DNA from: a virus
Taxonomy: Duplodnaviria > Heunggongvirae > Uroviricota > Caudoviricetes
Strand: one strand, 5' to 3'
IMG/VR virus record: IMGVR_UViG_2534681759_000007
Length of the DNA stretch: 20,997 bases
Part shown: positions 19,268 to 20,997 of the stretch, piece after piece
Numbering within the stretch: the first letter of the stretch is position 1
Layout: every line of letters begins with the position of its first letter
Notes under the pieces: generated by a model
Database searches by the model: none
Told to the model about the DNA's origin: nothing
The model's input: only the letters and a program-made list of their open reading frames with translations
Position numbers and translations under genes: made by a program

Positions 19268-19378
19268 AGTCTCGATATTAGCTGATAACCCAATACCTGA
19301 GTTATTCACTGACTCCGAGTCTGTTACGTTTCGTAGTATTCCCTCAATTTACACCCGCTTTGTCTGCGAGGTGGGGTT

Positions 19379-19594
19379 ATGAAATCCATGGATAAGTTAA
19401 CAACGGGTGTCGCCTATGGCACCTCAGCAGGTAGTGCCGGTTACTGGTTTTTACAGCTGCTCGATAAAGTCACGCCCTCACAGTGGGCAGCAATAGGTGT
19501 GCTGGGTAGCCTGGTATTTGGCCTGCTGACGTACCTGACAAACCTTTATTTCAAGATTAAAGAAGATAAGCGCAAGGCTGCGAGAGGTGAATAA
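19379..19594 (+). CDS. essD: Phage-21-type pinholin (S21-like) with dual-start motif
   Basis: 71-aa [29 protein letters not shown]... with two hydrophobic segments and a charged C-terminal tail; Met1/Met4 give the antiholin/holin dual start described for S21-type pinholins. Confidence 0.85.
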
Positions 19595-20091
19595 TGCCTC
19601 CATTATTACGAAAAGCCGTTGCTGCTGCTATTGGTGGCGGAGCAATTGCTATAGCATCAGTGTTAATCACTGGCCCAAGTGGTAACGATGGTCTGGAAGG
19701 TGTCAGCTACATACCATACAAAGATATTGTTGGTGTATGGACTGTATGTCACGGGCATACAGGAAAAGACATCATGCTCGGTAAAACGTATACCAAAGCA
19801 GAATGCAAAGCACTCTTGAATAAAGACCTTGCCACTGTCGCCAGACAAATTAACCCGTACATCGAAGTCGATATACCGGAAACAACGCGCGGCGCTCTTT
19901 ACTCATTCGTTTACAACGTGGGTGCTGGCAATTTCAGAACATCGACGCTTCTTCGCAAAATAAACCAGGGCGATATCAAAGGCGCATGTGATCAGCTACG
20001 TCGCTGGACATATGCTGGCGGTAAGCAATGGAAAGGTCTCATGACTCGTCGTGAGATTGAGCGTGAAATCTGTTTGTGGGGTCAGCAATGA
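19594..20091 (+). CDS. rrrD: SAR endolysin (lysozyme, T4-lysozyme-like fold, phage 21 R-like)
   Basis: 165-aa ORF with a Gly/Ala-rich N-terminal signal-anchor-release segment ([20 protein letters not shown]) followed by a lysozyme domain; start overlaps the holin stop (TAATG). Confidence 0.88.
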   Translation: MPPLLRKAVAAAIGGGAIAIASVLITGPSGNDGLEGVSYIPYKDIVGVWTVCHGHTGKDIMLGKTYTKAECKALLNKDLATVARQINPYIEVDIPETTRGALYSFVYNVGAGNFRTSTLLRKINQGDIKGACDQLRRWTYAGGKQWKGLMTRREIEREICLWGQQ

Positions 20092-20186
20092 ACAGAGTAA
20101 CCGCGATTATCTCCGCTCTGGTTATCTGCATCATCGTCGGCCTGTCATGGGCTGTTAATCATTACCGTGATAACGCCATTACCTAC
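20088..20186 (+). pseudogene. Rz spanin gene truncated after ~33 codons by IS66-family insertion
   Basis: ATG overlapping the endolysin stop (ATGA); N-terminus [33 protein letters not shown] is a typical Rz signal-anchor. The frame then enters the IS end at 20187 and stops after 17 non-native codons. Confidence 0.65.
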
Positions 20187-20271
20187 GTAAGCGCATCATT
20201 TAAACCGTCTTTCGCCTCCCTTTCCTGTTTCCGATACTAATGTCCATTTTCGCAGTAAAAGGACATTTAAG

Positions 20272-20868
20272 ATGAATGCACGAAAGGCGGTACTGGCAGA
20301 TAACCCGGAATTGATCCTGCGTGTGCTACAGCTGAGATTTGACGAGTCACTGTCGTACCCGCGCATTTCTGCGCAGACCGGTGTCAGCAAAACCGCCATT
20401 TTTTCTCTGGTGAGGCGATTTCACCAGATATTCGCTGACTGGCCTCTTTCCGGTGAATATTCCTGCATGCAACTGGCCCGGGCTCTTTTCCCTGGGCGAT
20501 ATCCTTCAGCCCCGACAGTGACTCAGCCTGTGAAAACAGAGAAAATCCGCCGGAACCGATTTTCACCGGAGTTTAAATGGAGGCTTGTTCAGCAAACTCT
20601 TTTACCCGGTGCCTGTGTCGCACAAATAGCTCGCGAGAACGGAATCAACGATAACCTGCTCTTTAACTGGCGGCATCTCTGGCGTAACGGCGGCCTGCAG
20701 CCGCCCGGCGAACATGAAACATCGCTACTTCCCGTGACGTTAACGCCGGAGCCGGATAATAAAATCCCGGCACCAGTGCAAGACTACCTAGAACAGAATA
20801 AATACACTGCCAGACAGTCTGTGCTGCGAGCTGGTTCTGCCGGCCGGAACTCTCAGGCTGAAAGGTGA
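20272..20868 (+). CDS. IS66-family accessory protein (orf1/TnpA-like) with an N-terminal extension; 3' end possibly frameshifted
   Basis: 198-aa ORF; segment RRNRFSPEFKWRLVQQTLLPGACVAQIARENGINDNLLFNWRHLWRNG is the HTH typical of IS66 orf1 proteins. A different frame (20792-20926) encodes an ...LVLPAGTLRLKGELTPALLQTLIREMKGSSH tail that ends in the TGATG junction. Confidence 0.6.
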   Translation: MNARKAVLADNPELILRVLQLRFDESLSYPRISAQTGVSKTAIFSLVRRFHQIFADWPLSGEYSCMQLARALFPGRYPSAPTVTQPVKTEKIRRNRFSPEFKWRLVQQTLLPGACVAQIARENGINDNLLFNWRHLWRNGGLQPPGEHETSLLPVTLTPEPDNKIPAPVQDYLEQNKYTARQSVLRAGSAGRNSQAER

Positions 20869-20925
20869 ACTGACACCGGCGTTATTACAGACACTTATCC
20901 GCGAAATGAAAGGGAGCAGCCACTG

Positions 20926-20997
20926 ATGATATATCTCTCCCTGCCGGTTCGCGTATCTGGCTGGTTGCCGGTATCACCGATATGCGAAATGGCTTTA
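20926..20997 (+). CDS. Start of IS66-family orf2 (TnpB-like), partial and possibly frameshifted at codons 3-4
   Basis: ATG at 20926 in the TGATG overlap typical of IS66 orf1/orf2 junctions. A TnpB-like peptide ISLPAGSRIWLVAGITDMRNGF is encoded in a frame offset from this ATG. Confidence 0.35.
   Translation, partial: MIYLSLPVRVSGWLPVSPICEMAL

Larger units (their letters stand above)
20187..20997 (+). mobile_element. IS66-family insertion sequence, left end and first ORFs; extends beyond window
   Basis: Terminus begins GTAAGCG (20187), as I recall for IS66-family inverted repeats; followed by an orf1-like gene and the start of a TnpB-like frame. Right end not in window, so the expected 8-bp target duplication cannot be checked. 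Confidence 0.65.

Overview
This window is almost entirely a lambdoid prophage of an E. coli-like enterobacterium, in lambda map order and mosaic in origin. Calls rest on reading the six-frame translations and the DNA by eye and on remembered protein families; no database search was run. Left to right: integrase and excisionase; a small early-left cluster (TraR-like zinc finger, Dam-like methyltransferase); the lambda Red genes exo-bet-gam; a kil homologue split by a complete 1954-bp IS100 with a 5-bp target duplication; a putative OL operator cluster; an orphan AT-rich gene in the rexAB slot; a CI-like repressor; OR; a Cro/YdaT-like pair; O (with in-gene origin iterons) and P; a DLP12-like nin region (ylcH, ybcN, ninE, ybcO, rusA, ylcG); a Q antiterminator; an intact nmpC porin; and a phage-21-type lysis cassette whose Rz gene is cut by an IS66-family element that runs off the window. 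The most interesting region is a strongly AT-rich ~3.4-kb island between P and the nin genes carrying a two-gene minus-strand operon: an ABC-type ATPase followed by a large HNH nuclease. This has Septu-like (PtuA/PtuB) architecture but an unusually long HNH partner, and is the best candidate for an anti-phage defence system. No virion structural genes, tRNA, rRNA or CRISPR array were seen.
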